From a virus: DNA of 64,000 nt. A model generated the notes under the pieces. That model was given only the letters and a program-made list of their open reading frames with translations. It made no database searches and was not told the DNA's origin. Positions 35,024-44,631 of this stretch are shown piece after piece. Within the stretch, counting starts at the first letter, position 1; the number at the start of each line of letters is the position of its first letter. The DNA lies in the IMG/VR virus record IMGVR_UViG_3300044995_000220; one strand, 5' to 3'. Both the position numbers and the translations under genes were made by a program.

Positions 35024-38000
35024 ATGGCGTCAATCTCGCTATCGGAAGCGCCCCCTCCGTTTCACTGTGATATTTGCGCGCGCCCCGAATTTGCTTACAA
35101 AGCAGGTCCGGGGTGTACGTCGTGCCCTGCCTTTAAGGGTACACACTACTTTCCCTACTCGGATGGCCCAGATTACGCGGACATCCTCGTTATTGGTGAC
35201 GCGCCGATTGCACCTCGTCTGTCAATTGTCGGCGGTCAAACCATTCCAGACAACTCGCTGTTTCATCAACCGTTCCGTGAGGACGGTGCACGCGTTCTGA
35301 AGAACGCGATCAAAGAAGTACAGCGCCGGCATCCAGAATTTGCTGTGCTGAACTTTCGATATGTGTACGCCGTAAAGTGTGCTGTCGACGCACCTAGTAA
35401 AGCAATCATCACAGCATGTCGCACACCGCTCAAGACTGAAGTTACTCGGTTAGCGGCTATGCGTCAGGCTAACGCGCCAGAGCGTTCGATTACAGTTATC
35501 GCGTGTGGTGTACCATCGCTTCATGCGCTTGGTATCCCAGTGCGGTCTGAAAAAGAAGCTATTGGGCGCGTTTTCGAAAATGTGAAATTTGGTGATGCGT
35601 ATCTCACAGTTGTCTTTACACAGTCGCTTAAGTCCCTCGCCGCTGCGGTCGGCAAATATAGTTCTGTATTAGCCGACGTTGAGCGGGCTATGCGAATTGC
35701 GGCACACGCCGAAATTCGTGTACTTACGCGAGCAGAAATTGAAAAAGATTACATCTATCCAAAAACCATTGCTGAGGTGAAAGATCTCGTACGGCATGTT
35801 TTTGATTATACGCGACCTGGCATCGATCCTCTTGATTGGAAAATTTCGTTCGATACCGAAACTAATACACTACATCCACATTGGACTGGCACTAAACTGA
35901 TCGCCGTTTCATTCGCATGGGATGATGGTAAAGCGGCTACAGTGCCTCTTTGGCACAAAGATACGCCGTATGATCCATCCGCAGCATACGAACACATTGT
36001 TTGGCTATTGCGAAGTGGTAAACCGTGTATTTGGTTCAATGCCAAGTACGATTTCAAAGTTTTCTGGCGTTTGGGTTGGCCTCTTGGTGAGGTAGGAAAA
36101 ATTGCGTGGGATGTATTTTGTGCTGAACATGTGCTCGAAGAAGACAAAAAAGGGCAATACAACCTCAAGTATTTGACTAAACAATTCTTGCCCTTTCTCG
36201 CTGGTTATGAAGACCGCTTGCATGATGAACTAGTAAAAACTGACGTTGCGCGCTTTACGGAAGTGCAAGTTTCGACGAAACGTGCAGTTAAACTACCAGC
36301 TACGGTTGCGGCAGCACTTGAACGTGCCATTGCTGCTGGACACGTTAAGAATGCCCGCTTTCGTACTGAAACAATTAAGAAAGCCATAGAAAAGCTCAAA
36401 CAACTACCCTTAGGAAAAGTTGACCAAGCTCACATTCAGCAGCAATTAGACGATCTAAATTTGTTGCTCGCCGCCAAAACTAACGGCGAATTTACAGGTA
36501 AGGCTGAGCGCGAAGCCGCTAAGGAGCGTAAGCATAAAGGAGGTTTCGAAAATATCTCTCTTGATGAGCTTTACTTCTACGCCGCTGTTGACGCTGACGC
36601 TACACGACGCCTTGCCATCAAACAAAGTGCACGTATGTATGATGAAGATGACAAGTTTGATCGCTGGCGTCGTCAAGTCCATGAAGAAATTGTTTCAGGG
36701 CCGCCAAATAGTGAGCTGTCAAAATATCGCGTTGAAGTTCTGTGCAATCATCCTGCGCCGTTACACCGATTGGTAAAAGAGGACTACCTTCCACGACAAA
36801 CACAGCTTGCGAAGATCGAATATCTAGGCATCAACATTGACCAAGATTACTTAGAATGGGGCAACCGCGCGCTGGATAACACAATCACTGCAACTACTGA
36901 AAAAATTTTCGAATTGTGCGGTGAGAAGTTTCCATTGAATAGCCCGAAGAAATTATCTCACTACCTTTTCTATGGAGGCGTAGGTTACAAGCATCCAGAT
37001 CCAGAGCTCGCTGAACAAATTGCGCGTGAAAACCCTGATACTGTTCGCTATGTCGGCGGACGAATCATGTATCGCCCCGAGCATTACACCGTAAAGGGGC
37101 AGATGCAAACTAGCGAAGCTGTACTCAAGAGTCTCGTTACGCGGTACAAGTGCCCGCTTGCGAATTTGCTGATGACACTGAAGAAAGCTGATAAAGCCAA
37201 AAACAGCTTTTTCAAAAACATCGGCATCTTGTCTAATATGTTCGGGGATGGACACATTCATCCTGGTTACAACATTACAGGTACGTCCACTGGACGCCTC
37301 TCATCGTCCTCGGGCGTTGAAGGCATCGGCTTCAACAATCAAAACATTATCAAGGGCCAAATTGGAGCTCTGCGCAATATGCGCGGAAATCTTGTGCTCG
37401 GCTCAGATGGCAAACCTGTCTTTGAAGGTGTGAAATGTAAAAAGCTCTTCATTCCTGACGATGACAGTTATTGTTTTGGTAATGCTGACGCTAAAGGCGC
37501 TGAAATTTCAATTTTTGCGGGTTATGCCAAAGATACTGAATTGATCAACGCCCTGCTTGAAGGCATGGATCCGCACTGCTTTTTCGCATCACAATGCCTT
37601 AATCCTGATCTCGTTGCCGCCGGATTACACGGAGAAGAACGACGCATCGCATTGGCGAACGCTGCCATTGACGATGAACATGCGTGGTCGTACGACGATT
37701 TCCTCAAAGGCAAAGATGATTTGCTGGAAGATAAAGCGTATGGTAGGCGGCTCAAAGCTTTACGTGACAATATCAAACGTCTTGTCTTTGGGCTGCTTTA
37801 CGGTGCCGGTGTGAAGAAAATCGCTGAAATTGCTGGCATCAACCTCAATTTGGCGCAGCAAATCAAGAAATTACTATTTACTAAGTTTCCAACATTAGAG
37901 ACGTTCATCAACCAGACAATCTGGGAGATGCGTACTTTCGGCATTGTAGAAACTTACCATGGACGGCGTCGCCGTTTTTCGCTCGGTAAGTATGCTCCTA

Positions 38001-38473
38001 GTGCTCTTCGCGCCAAAGCGGAAAGGCAAGCTGTCAACTTCAAAATACAAGCGACTAACAGCGATATTGTTTTGACAGTGCTGTGTTGGGTTGCTGACGT
38101 AATTGAACGTGATCTCAAGGGGAGGATTCTACTCACCGTACATGACTCAATTGGTTTTCAAGTACCGAAAAAGTACGCGCATCAAGTACCAGAAATTTTC
38201 AAAAAGTACGGTACCGAACGTGTGGCACGTGAGTGTCCATGGCTTCCCGTGCCATATCGATGGGATGTTGAGCTTGGCCCAAACTATGGTGAATTGATGA
38301 GCGCAGATAAATATCTTGCTCAACTTCCGCCACCGCTTCCAATCGCTGAGCTAGACGGTTACACCGAAGAAGAAATCTTCGAAGATTTGCGTGATCCAGA
38401 TGAACACGAACTCTCGCCGGTAACTAAGTCAAAAAGAGCATCTTTGTACACGAGCGATACAAGCGACTTATGA
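35024..38473 (+). CDS. polA: Family A DNA polymerase with N-terminal family-4 UDG-like domain and 3'-5' exonuclease
   Basis: UDG-like ILVIGDAP, YAVKC, VIACG; exonuclease SFDTET, FNAKYD, YAAVDAD; polymerase TGRLSS, DAKGAEI (A), KRLVFGLLYG (B), LLTVHDSI (C). Confidence 0.93.
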   Translation: MASISLSEAPPPFHCDICARPEFAYKAGPGCTSCPAFKGTHYFPYSDGPDYADILVIGDAPIAPRLSIVGGQTIPDNSLFHQPFREDGARVLKNAIKEVQRRHPEFAVLNFRYVYAVKCAVDAPSKAIITACRTPLKTEVTRLAAMRQANAPERSITVIACGVPSLHALGIPVRSEKEAIGRVFENVKFGDAYLTVVFTQSLKSLAAAVGKYSSVLADVERAMRIAAHAEIRVLTRAEIEKDYIYPKTIAEVKDLVRHVFDYTRPGIDPLDWKISFDTETNTLHPHWTGTKLIAVSFAWDDGKAATVPLWHKDTPYDPSAAYEHIVWLLRSGKPCIWFNAKYDFKVFWRLGWPLGEVGKIAWDVFCAEHVLEEDKKGQYNLKYLTKQFLPFLAGYEDRLHDELVKTDVARFTEVQVSTKRAVKLPATVAAALERAIAAGHVKNARFRTETIKKAIEKLKQLPLGKVDQAHIQQQLDDLNLLLAAKTNGEFTGKAEREAAKERKHKGGFENISLDELYFYAAVDADATRRLAIKQSARMYDEDDKFDRWRRQVHEEIVSGPPNSELSKYRVEVLCNHPAPLHRLVKEDYLPRQTQLAKIEYLGINIDQDYLEWGNRALDNTITATTEKIFELCGEKFPLNSPKKLSHYLFYGGVGYKHPDPELAEQIARENPDTVRYVGGRIMYRPEHYTVKGQMQTSEAVLKSLVTRYKCPLANLLMTLKKADKAKNSFFKNIGILSNMFGDGHIHPGYNITGTSTGRLSSSSGVEGIGFNNQNIIKGQIGALRNMRGNLVLGSDGKPVFEGVKCKKLFIPDDDSYCFGNADAKGAEISIFAGYAKDTELINALLEGMDPHCFFASQCLNPDLVAAGLHGEERRIALANAAIDDEHAWSYDDFLKGKDDLLEDKAYGRRLKALRDNIKRLVFGLLYGAGVKKIAEIAGINLNLAQQIKKLLFTKFPTLETFINQTIWEMRTFGIVETYHGRRRRFSLGKYAPSALRAKAERQAVNFKIQATNSDIVLTVLCWVADVIERDLKGRILLTVHDSIGFQVPKKYAHQVPEIFKKYGTERVARECPWLPVPYRWDVELGPNYGELMSADKYLAQLPPPLPIAELDGYTEEEIFEDLRDPDEHELSPVTKSKRASLYTSDTSDL

Positions 38474-38514
38474 AAAATGTAGACTCATCTATATGAACAA
38501 ATAAAAAACAGATA

Positions 38515-38537
38515 CTCCACGGTATAAGTACGTGGAG
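38515..38537 (+). promoter_or_regulatory. Hairpin occluding the RBS of the PcfJ-like gene
   Basis: ctccacg (38515-38521) pairs with cgtggag (38531-38537), which contains the GGAG 5 nt before ATG 38543; loop contains TATAAG. Confidence 0.35.
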
Positions 38538-38542
38538 ACGAC

Positions 38543-40168
38543 ATGAACGTCGAAACCAAGAACATAATTTCGCAAGCGGCCGACGAGTGGGGGTGCGCGC
38601 CAACGGCGCGCGCCTTCCGATGCGTCGCCGAAAGAGCACGGCGGGGCCTTGAGCCCCGCGGCATTCCGGTCACTGACCGGAGTGAACGGATCGCGCGATG
38701 GCGCGCGATCTTTCGGCGGTATGCGCCGCAGCATAAGCTGCGGATACCGCCTTTTATGCCCCCGCGGGAGGTGCCTGCGAGGGCATTGGCCGCCGCCGCT
38801 GTTGCGCTCGCTCGCGACGCGGAGCGGCAGGGTGGCCCCCACGCCAAGCGTGGGGGCTGGGACGCGATGGGCCATTACGGCCCATCAGGGCGAGTTCTGC
38901 TGAACGCTTGGCGGCGTTCAGCAGGGTCGGTGCGTCGGTTTGTGGCGCTGCTTCTATGGTACAAGCGCCACCCCGGTGCACCGTTGCCAGACGTCGGAGG
39001 CCTTAGTGCCTCCCAGGCCGCGTGGGCTCTTCGTGCGGCCCACGCGGGTACATACCTTGTCGCCGCAAGAGCACTTGCGGCGCTAGGTCGGCTTGCGGCA
39101 GTGCCGCGAGCAATCGCGCTCCAGGGCGCGCTAGATCGCGCCCGACAGGAGGATCGGGCACGGGAGGTGTCCGATCCGGACCACATCACCACTGTCCGCA
39201 CGCGGCATCTTAACCTTAATGCCGCGATTGAGGCGGACAGAAAGATCTCGGCGGCGCCACCTGAGCGCCGCCCGGCGATCGCCTGGGCGCTCGCCGAGGT
39301 TTTTGATCTTGATGTGCGTTTTGTTGCGCGTTTGCGCAACTACGCCATCGCAAAAGGCGGGGCCCTTTGCCCTGCCTTCTCTCCGTACTTAGAGCCGCGC
39401 ACGATTGCGCGGCTCGTCCTGGGCGAGGCACCTGAAGTCGTTCGCCCAGGGCTTACGCGGGGGGAGGCGGTCGCCTCCCTCAAAGAGGGAATTTCCGAGA
39501 GCCGGCTGCCACGCTGGCTCTTGGAAAGCGATGAAGCCTTCCGCGAGTCTCAGTTAGGACCCGCGGCACGGCTTGTACGGTCTGTTCCGGTTGCGCGCTG
39601 GATCCTAAAAATTGCGCGGCGACCGGAACAGGAAAATGCGCTTGTGCGGTACCGCGAATTTCGCGGGCCGCACGGCGAAGTTGTCCACGGGCGCTATCTC
39701 GATTACCTCGGCGAGGTAGCGCCTGAGGACCTTACCGGCGAGGGTGGCACAGGTGTGGATGCCGTCATGCGGCGCGCAATTGCGCGTGTGACGGCGGCAC
39801 GTCTTGCCGCCCTCGCGGAGGAGAACAGGGAGCTCGCCCCTGCGCCTCCGTGGGAGGCGAAGCTCCCGAAAGGGGTGCGCGTGTTGCGCACCTCTCGCGC
39901 CCTCGTAGAAGAGGGCAAAGACATGGAGCATTGTGTGGGGGGCTATGCTCCGTACGTGCAGCGCAAGGAATCAATAATCCTTGCGTTGCGATCAGACGAC
40001 GGTACGCGGAGTACTGTCGAACTCCGTCCTATGGGCAACGGTACGTACACCGTTGCTCAACATTACGGGCGTCGGAACACGGCGCCTTCGAAGAGCTGCC
40101 AAGCTCTTCTCGATCAAGTTCTCGCCGTGATATACGGCCACGGCGAAAACACAACTGACGCCCCGTAG
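38543..40168 (+). CDS. PcfJ-like domain protein (GC-rich)
   Basis: C-terminal LVEEGKDMEHCVGGY...STVEL...Q.YGRRN pattern of PcfJ domains; markedly higher GC than flanks. Confidence 0.8.
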   Translation: MNVETKNIISQAADEWGCAPTARAFRCVAERARRGLEPRGIPVTDRSERIARWRAIFRRYAPQHKLRIPPFMPPREVPARALAAAAVALARDAERQGGPHAKRGGWDAMGHYGPSGRVLLNAWRRSAGSVRRFVALLLWYKRHPGAPLPDVGGLSASQAAWALRAAHAGTYLVAARALAALGRLAAVPRAIALQGALDRARQEDRAREVSDPDHITTVRTRHLNLNAAIEADRKISAAPPERRPAIAWALAEVFDLDVRFVARLRNYAIAKGGALCPAFSPYLEPRTIARLVLGEAPEVVRPGLTRGEAVASLKEGISESRLPRWLLESDEAFRESQLGPAARLVRSVPVARWILKIARRPEQENALVRYREFRGPHGEVVHGRYLDYLGEVAPEDLTGEGGTGVDAVMRRAIARVTAARLAALAEENRELAPAPPWEAKLPKGVRVLRTSRALVEEGKDMEHCVGGYAPYVQRKESIILALRSDDGTRSTVELRPMGNGTYTVAQHYGRRNTAPSKSCQALLDQVLAVIYGHGENTTDAP

Positions 40169-40219
40169 TTACGCTTCGTAAAATTAGAAGGTTTACGGAG
40201 TAAACGGGGCGTTTTTTTT
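40158..40219 (+). terminator. Terminator between convergent PcfJ-like and methyltransferase genes
   Basis: acgccccgt (40158-40166) pairs with acggggcgt (40204-40212), with an imperfect inner stem; T8 run follows. Confidence 0.65.
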
Positions 40220-40227
40220 GGCTTTGA

Positions 40228-41136
40228 TTATTTATGCTCCTTTTTGTTTTTTTGGTATGGTTCAGGATTAAATCCTACCCACTCAATACCTTCAACATTT
40301 TCAAACCGCTTAGCCATTACTACTAAAGCATCTAAATTATTGTCGACAAGAATAAATCGGCGACCCAGTTCAAGTGCCGCAACGCCTGTAGTCCCACTTC
40401 CAGCAAAAAAGTCTAGTACTAAGGCGTCTGGTCGTGTTGATGCTTGAATTATTCGACGAAGAATACCGAGAGGTTTTTGCGTTGGATAGCCCGTTTTTTC
40501 TGAACCGTTCGTTGGAACAATCGTATGCCACCACGTATCGGTTGGGAGCTTTCCGCGCGCAGCCTTTTCCGGTCCAACAAGTCCTGGAGTCATATACGGG
40601 ATACGCTCAATTTCATCGACATTGAAAATATAGTTGGATGGATCCTTAGCGTAGAGCAAAATATTATCGTGTTTTGGAGGCCATTTGTTTTTTGGCCGAC
40701 CGCCATAATCGTACGCCCAAATAATTTCGTTAAGAAACGAATTACGTCCAAAAATACCGTCTAGTAGTATTTTGCAATAATGAACTTCACGGTAATCTAT
40801 ATGGAAATAGAGACATCCATGAGGGGCTAGAACGCGATGCGCTTCAACAAGTCGTGGCTCTAAGAAGGCTAGATAGTCGTCGAAGATGTCGCTGAAGCAT
40901 TTTGTGCCGACAACGATGCTCTTATAGCGACGACCTTGAAATCCTGTGCGATCACCTTCAACGGAGCTTACTGTCTTAAGTTGCGTTCGTTGCTGGATCT
41001 TCCCTGTATTAAATGGGGGATCGATGTAAATGAGATCTACAGAGGCTGACGGTAGTGTTCGAATAAACTCAAGATTCTCAGCGAAGTGAATGCTTCCAGT
41101 TGTGCGTGTTCCGTTAGTAAACCGTGTGGTGTTCAT
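40228..41136 (-). CDS. Site-specific DNA methyltransferase (N6-adenine/N4-cytosine, beta class)
   Basis: DLIYIDPPF (motif IV) precedes YPTQKP and VLDFFAGSGTT (motif I). Confidence 0.93.
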   Translation of the reverse strand: MNTTRFTNGTRTTGSIHFAENLEFIRTLPSASVDLIYIDPPFNTGKIQQRTQLKTVSSVEGDRTGFQGRRYKSIVVGTKCFSDIFDDYLAFLEPRLVEAHRVLAPHGCLYFHIDYREVHYCKILLDGIFGRNSFLNEIIWAYDYGGRPKNKWPPKHDNILLYAKDPSNYIFNVDEIERIPYMTPGLVGPEKAARGKLPTDTWWHTIVPTNGSEKTGYPTQKPLGILRRIIQASTRPDALVLDFFAGSGTTGVAALELGRRFILVDNNLDALVVMAKRFENVEGIEWVGFNPEPYQKNKKEHK

Positions 41137-41175
41137 GCTAGAGAACCTTGTACAGGTTCTTATTCAAACACCTTC

Positions 41176-42909
41176 TTAGTCATCGTCAATAGATGACGTC
41201 AAATTCACCTCTTGATTACCAATTTGTAGAGCCATACGTGCAAAGTTCAGTGAGTGCAAGAAGTCATCGGGTTGATTCGGTGCGTGGCGCCAAACCTTAC
41301 GCGTTGCTCCCGTTTGCCCGATCACTTCTTCATACTCCGCGAGGATGTCCTTGAAGGGCTGTTCCATGATCGTGTCAGACTCACGCGGAAATTGAAACTC
41401 CTTGCGAAGGAGAGCTGTCATAAGAGAGTCAATAGAAACTGTACGGTTTACCGTTACAAACTTACCTTTGTTATTCCACGATAGATACGTTGCTGCCGTA
41501 CCTGAGTAGCGAAACTTTATTACACGCTGCGGGTTTTGGATTTTATTGCGTAACATGTCCATCGACATATTACCTTCACCCGCATCGCCACCGATAAACA
41601 TACGGTAGTGAGTAACCTTATCGTAGAGCATCAAGGTATCAAAGATCTCTTCAAATTCTTGAAGTGGCGATGTGCCTGGAAAAATCTTGTAGTAAAGTAA
41701 ACGTGTACGGCCAAGACCAAGCTTACCGATGATTGTGAGCACTGTGCGGGATTTGATTGTAACTGCGCCTTCAGGTCCCGACTTTGTTGCCATACCGCCG
41801 CCAGACCAATCAATACCCGCAGCAATCTTAGTAACTCCTGTGAGATTATCGCGTGTCGGCGTTCGACTAATTAGCGGACCATCGCACGCAGCTTGAAGTA
41901 CTTCTTTAGTAACAAGTCGACGACCTTGAGAGTCACTTACCCCCATAACCTCATTCCTAAAAACTGAGATTGGGTAAGCTTCAGGTCCTTCGAGATTGTA
42001 TAAGACATCAGTTTTCCATTTTTCAAGCGCTGCATCACGCAATGGTCCTATGGGCCATGCCGCAGGCACAAACTGAGGCATCATTGGCCGTGATATGTGG
42101 TAACCTTTGGTTTGACGAATGTGCCCATCCTCATCTGGTGGCTGTGGATTCATATCAACCCAAACACCATTACGAGGATTCAAATATGATTTACACTTCG
42201 TGCAGATTGGGCCCCGCTTACCGCACTGAGTTTCACTCAACAAAATGGAGTATCTGCCGCAACTGTCGCATTTAATCGCCCACTCAGTTTGCGTTGATTC
42301 TTGGAACATCTGCTCAATGCCGTTCTCCATCGTTTTCGGTGTACCGCAAAGGACGAGGTAGCCCCCCTTTTTTGACATCGCAAGACATTCTTTGATAACG
42401 GGGCGAACAACATCAAGCAGCATATCTTGTACTTCGTCTAGCATCAGACGATCACAAGAACGGCCACGACAACGATCAGCATCGTCAGAGGCATAGCTAA
42501 ATTCAATTTGTGACCCATGCGCAAAGTAACGCGCTAACACACGATTTGTGGTTTCCTCATTGACAAATATGTCACGAATAAGCGGCGAAAACTGCATTAA
42601 TTTGCCGACACGAGAAACTGAAAAAATTTGAGTTTGTTCTTTAGTCGGCGCAATAAAAAATGTTTTAAAGTGCGGAATCACAACGCACTCACTAATTGCA
42701 AATGTCGCGAGCGTCATGCTCTTGCCGACTTGCCGGCAAGTTTTGAGTAGCATTTTTTGAGGGGACTCATCATAGATCGCCCGGAACATTGGGTAGTCTT
42801 CCAGGCTAAATGGTTTCCCCTCCCACATTAGGAGACGTTCGGCAAAGTATGAACGTGTCCCTTCAATACAACGCTTCGGCTGATTAGACGGAGTATTGTA
42901 AGATTGCAT
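41176..42909 (-). CDS. terL: Terminase large subunit
   Basis: KTCRQVGKS (Walker A), RGRSCDRLMLDEVQD (Walker B), GTPKT, CDSC/CTKC ribbon, AGIDW and DDFLHS nuclease motifs. ATG at 42909 preferred over track start 43050. Confidence 0.92.
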   Translation of the reverse strand: MQSYNTPSNQPKRCIEGTRSYFAERLLMWEGKPFSLEDYPMFRAIYDESPQKMLLKTCRQVGKSMTLATFAISECVVIPHFKTFFIAPTKEQTQIFSVSRVGKLMQFSPLIRDIFVNEETTNRVLARYFAHGSQIEFSYASDDADRCRGRSCDRLMLDEVQDMLLDVVRPVIKECLAMSKKGGYLVLCGTPKTMENGIEQMFQESTQTEWAIKCDSCGRYSILLSETQCGKRGPICTKCKSYLNPRNGVWVDMNPQPPDEDGHIRQTKGYHISRPMMPQFVPAAWPIGPLRDAALEKWKTDVLYNLEGPEAYPISVFRNEVMGVSDSQGRRLVTKEVLQAACDGPLISRTPTRDNLTGVTKIAAGIDWSGGGMATKSGPEGAVTIKSRTVLTIIGKLGLGRTRLLYYKIFPGTSPLQEFEEIFDTLMLYDKVTHYRMFIGGDAGEGNMSMDMLRNKIQNPQRVIKFRYSGTAATYLSWNNKGKFVTVNRTVSIDSLMTALLRKEFQFPRESDTIMEQPFKDILAEYEEVIGQTGATRKVWRHAPNQPDDFLHSLNFARMALQIGNQEVNLTSSIDDD

Positions 42910-43567
42910 TTTGACGCACACGCCGTTCCGTACGCTCGTCGCAATGTACACGGCACATGGCCAAATGATGAATTTGTACGTCGAGCGCTGTAGTCGGCTC
43001 TTCACGTAGTATACGCTGTAAAGCCTCGTAAGGCAGCTTTTTCTTTTCAAGCCACACTTGCTCGACGCGATTTACGAAGTCCCAGTCAAGTTTTGTAAAT
43101 TTATCAAGCACATCTTGAGCAAAGCTCAACGGATCCGGCGCCAATACCATACCTTCATCATGTAGCACAGCGGCAACAGCAGGATCGATTGTATCTGGAT
43201 CAAAGCCGTGATCCTCAGTGATACGCTCACCCGTTAATCGCTCAATCTCCAAAACAGCCCAGCAAAGTTGCTCAGGTGTCGGATGAGGAATTGCGTTAGC
43301 AGCAGCTGGGATCCCGTCGCAAGCCAACGCCATAGAAAAAAACACATCATGGTCGTAAGTCCAAACAGACCCCGTCACAATAGTCTGCGCAGCTAATAGC
43401 TTCGCCATCAACGAGTCAGTCGCAGGTACTTTGTGCCGTTCTAGTTCAATGCGAATAGTATCTGGTTCCCAAACTCCAATCGTAGTGCCAAGTGCATGCA
43501 TTGCAGCTTGCCATGCTACACTCAGCTCAACTTCAGGATTCCGGAGCAACTCTATCGCATGTGACAT
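42884..43567 (-). CDS. Hypothetical protein (227 aa)
   Basis: Long ORF in terminase operon; no motif recognised. Confidence 0.7.
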   Translation of the reverse strand: MSHAIELLRNPEVELSVAWQAAMHALGTTIGVWEPDTIRIELERHKVPATDSLMAKLLAAQTIVTGSVWTYDHDVFFSMALACDGIPAAANAIPHPTPEQLCWAVLEIERLTGERITEDHGFDPDTIDPAVAAVLHDEGMVLAPDPLSFAQDVLDKFTKLDWDFVNRVEQVWLEKKKLPYEALQRILREEPTTALDVQIHHLAMCRVHCDERTERRVRQNAILQYSV

Positions 43568-43569
43568 TT

Positions 43570-44631
43570 TCAGCCTTGAGTAACAGGTACACCTGCTGCG
43601 CGAAGCTGCCTAGCAAAATCTGCTTTCATGTCAGCTGGTAACGTGTTGACAATCTCTACTACTTTTTGAATATCTAGTTGCCCATTTGGAGCAATTTCAC
43701 GGATCACGTCTGAACCAAGTGCATCGGAATAGAATGTCAAGGGCAAACGCTCCAAATGAATCGGACGAACAAATACACCACCAAGATCGATCGCATCGTC
43801 AGCAACTTTCTCAGCGTTAAAAACAGTCGCTATTGGATCAGGGATTTTGCGATCGTAGTATTTAGCGAGCCCAGCGAGTTCATCGAGCTCATTGATTGCT
43901 GCTGCAATTTTCACTCGCGTTTCATAATTACGCAGCCCATGCCGATCAGTGATCACAGCTTCAGCTAACTTGCTATAACCAGATTTCACTTCCTCATCAT
44001 TAGCAAGCATCGCACGAACTTCCAATGTCGAAGCTAGTGCGTACGGATCCGTTGAAGCTCGGCCTGCCCAGCGATACGACTCGGTACGTAGTTCTACTCC
44101 GTGCGCATCAGCTGCTGCTGCAAGCTTACTGAATGCAGCGGCACGTGTTTCAGGACGTAGCTTACGGATTTGCTCCAACAAACGTTCTTCAGCAATCTTA
44201 ATTTCATTAGCGTCGCGCACAGGATAAGACTTAGTCTCTGGAAATAGACAATCCTCTTCACGAAGTTCAGCTACCTTCTCTTGAACGGCAGCAAGCTTTG
44301 AACGTTTAATACCGTAAGCATCGAGCGCCTCTTCAATCGCTGCTACAACAGTCGACGGTACGAGGGGCACAATGCGTCCTGACGCCGCAACCTTTGTCTG
44401 CGCTGCGCCATGTTTGGCGTACAGGTATGAAACCACCGCATGTGCTGGAGTGTGCACCGGAAACATTTCGCGTTCAGGCCACGCAAATGCTGTAGCTGGT
44501 ATTTGGTCGCGTCTATCTTCAAATTCTGCGCCCTTAACAAATGCTACCGCACCTGGGTGGCGATCAAGCAGATAAGAAAGCAAACTATGGCCGGGATCGT
44601 TGTACAGGTCGCACATGACGCCCTCAATCAT
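43570..44631 (-). CDS. Hypothetical, probably virion-associated protein (353 aa)
   Basis: Two copies of a F(A/P)..PE...(F/Y)PV motif; several K-x-A sites. Confidence 0.65.
   Translation of the reverse strand: MIEGVMCDLYNDPGHSLLSYLLDRHPGAVAFVKGAEFEDRRDQIPATAFAWPEREMFPVHTPAHAVVSYLYAKHGAAQTKVAASGRIVPLVPSTVVAAIEEALDAYGIKRSKLAAVQEKVAELREEDCLFPETKSYPVRDANEIKIAEERLLEQIRKLRPETRAAAFSKLAAAADAHGVELRTESYRWAGRASTDPYALASTLEVRAMLANDEEVKSGYSKLAEAVITDRHGLRNYETRVKIAAAINELDELAGLAKYYDRKIPDPIATVFNAEKVADDAIDLGGVFVRPIHLERLPLTFYSDALGSDVIREIAPNGQLDIQKVVEIVNTLPADMKADFARQLRAAGVPVTQG

Noticed and set aside
38485-39974. Multiple overlapping antisense ORFs in the GC-rich region
   Set aside because: Expected shadow ORFs from stop-codon scarcity at high GC; no motifs or RBS.
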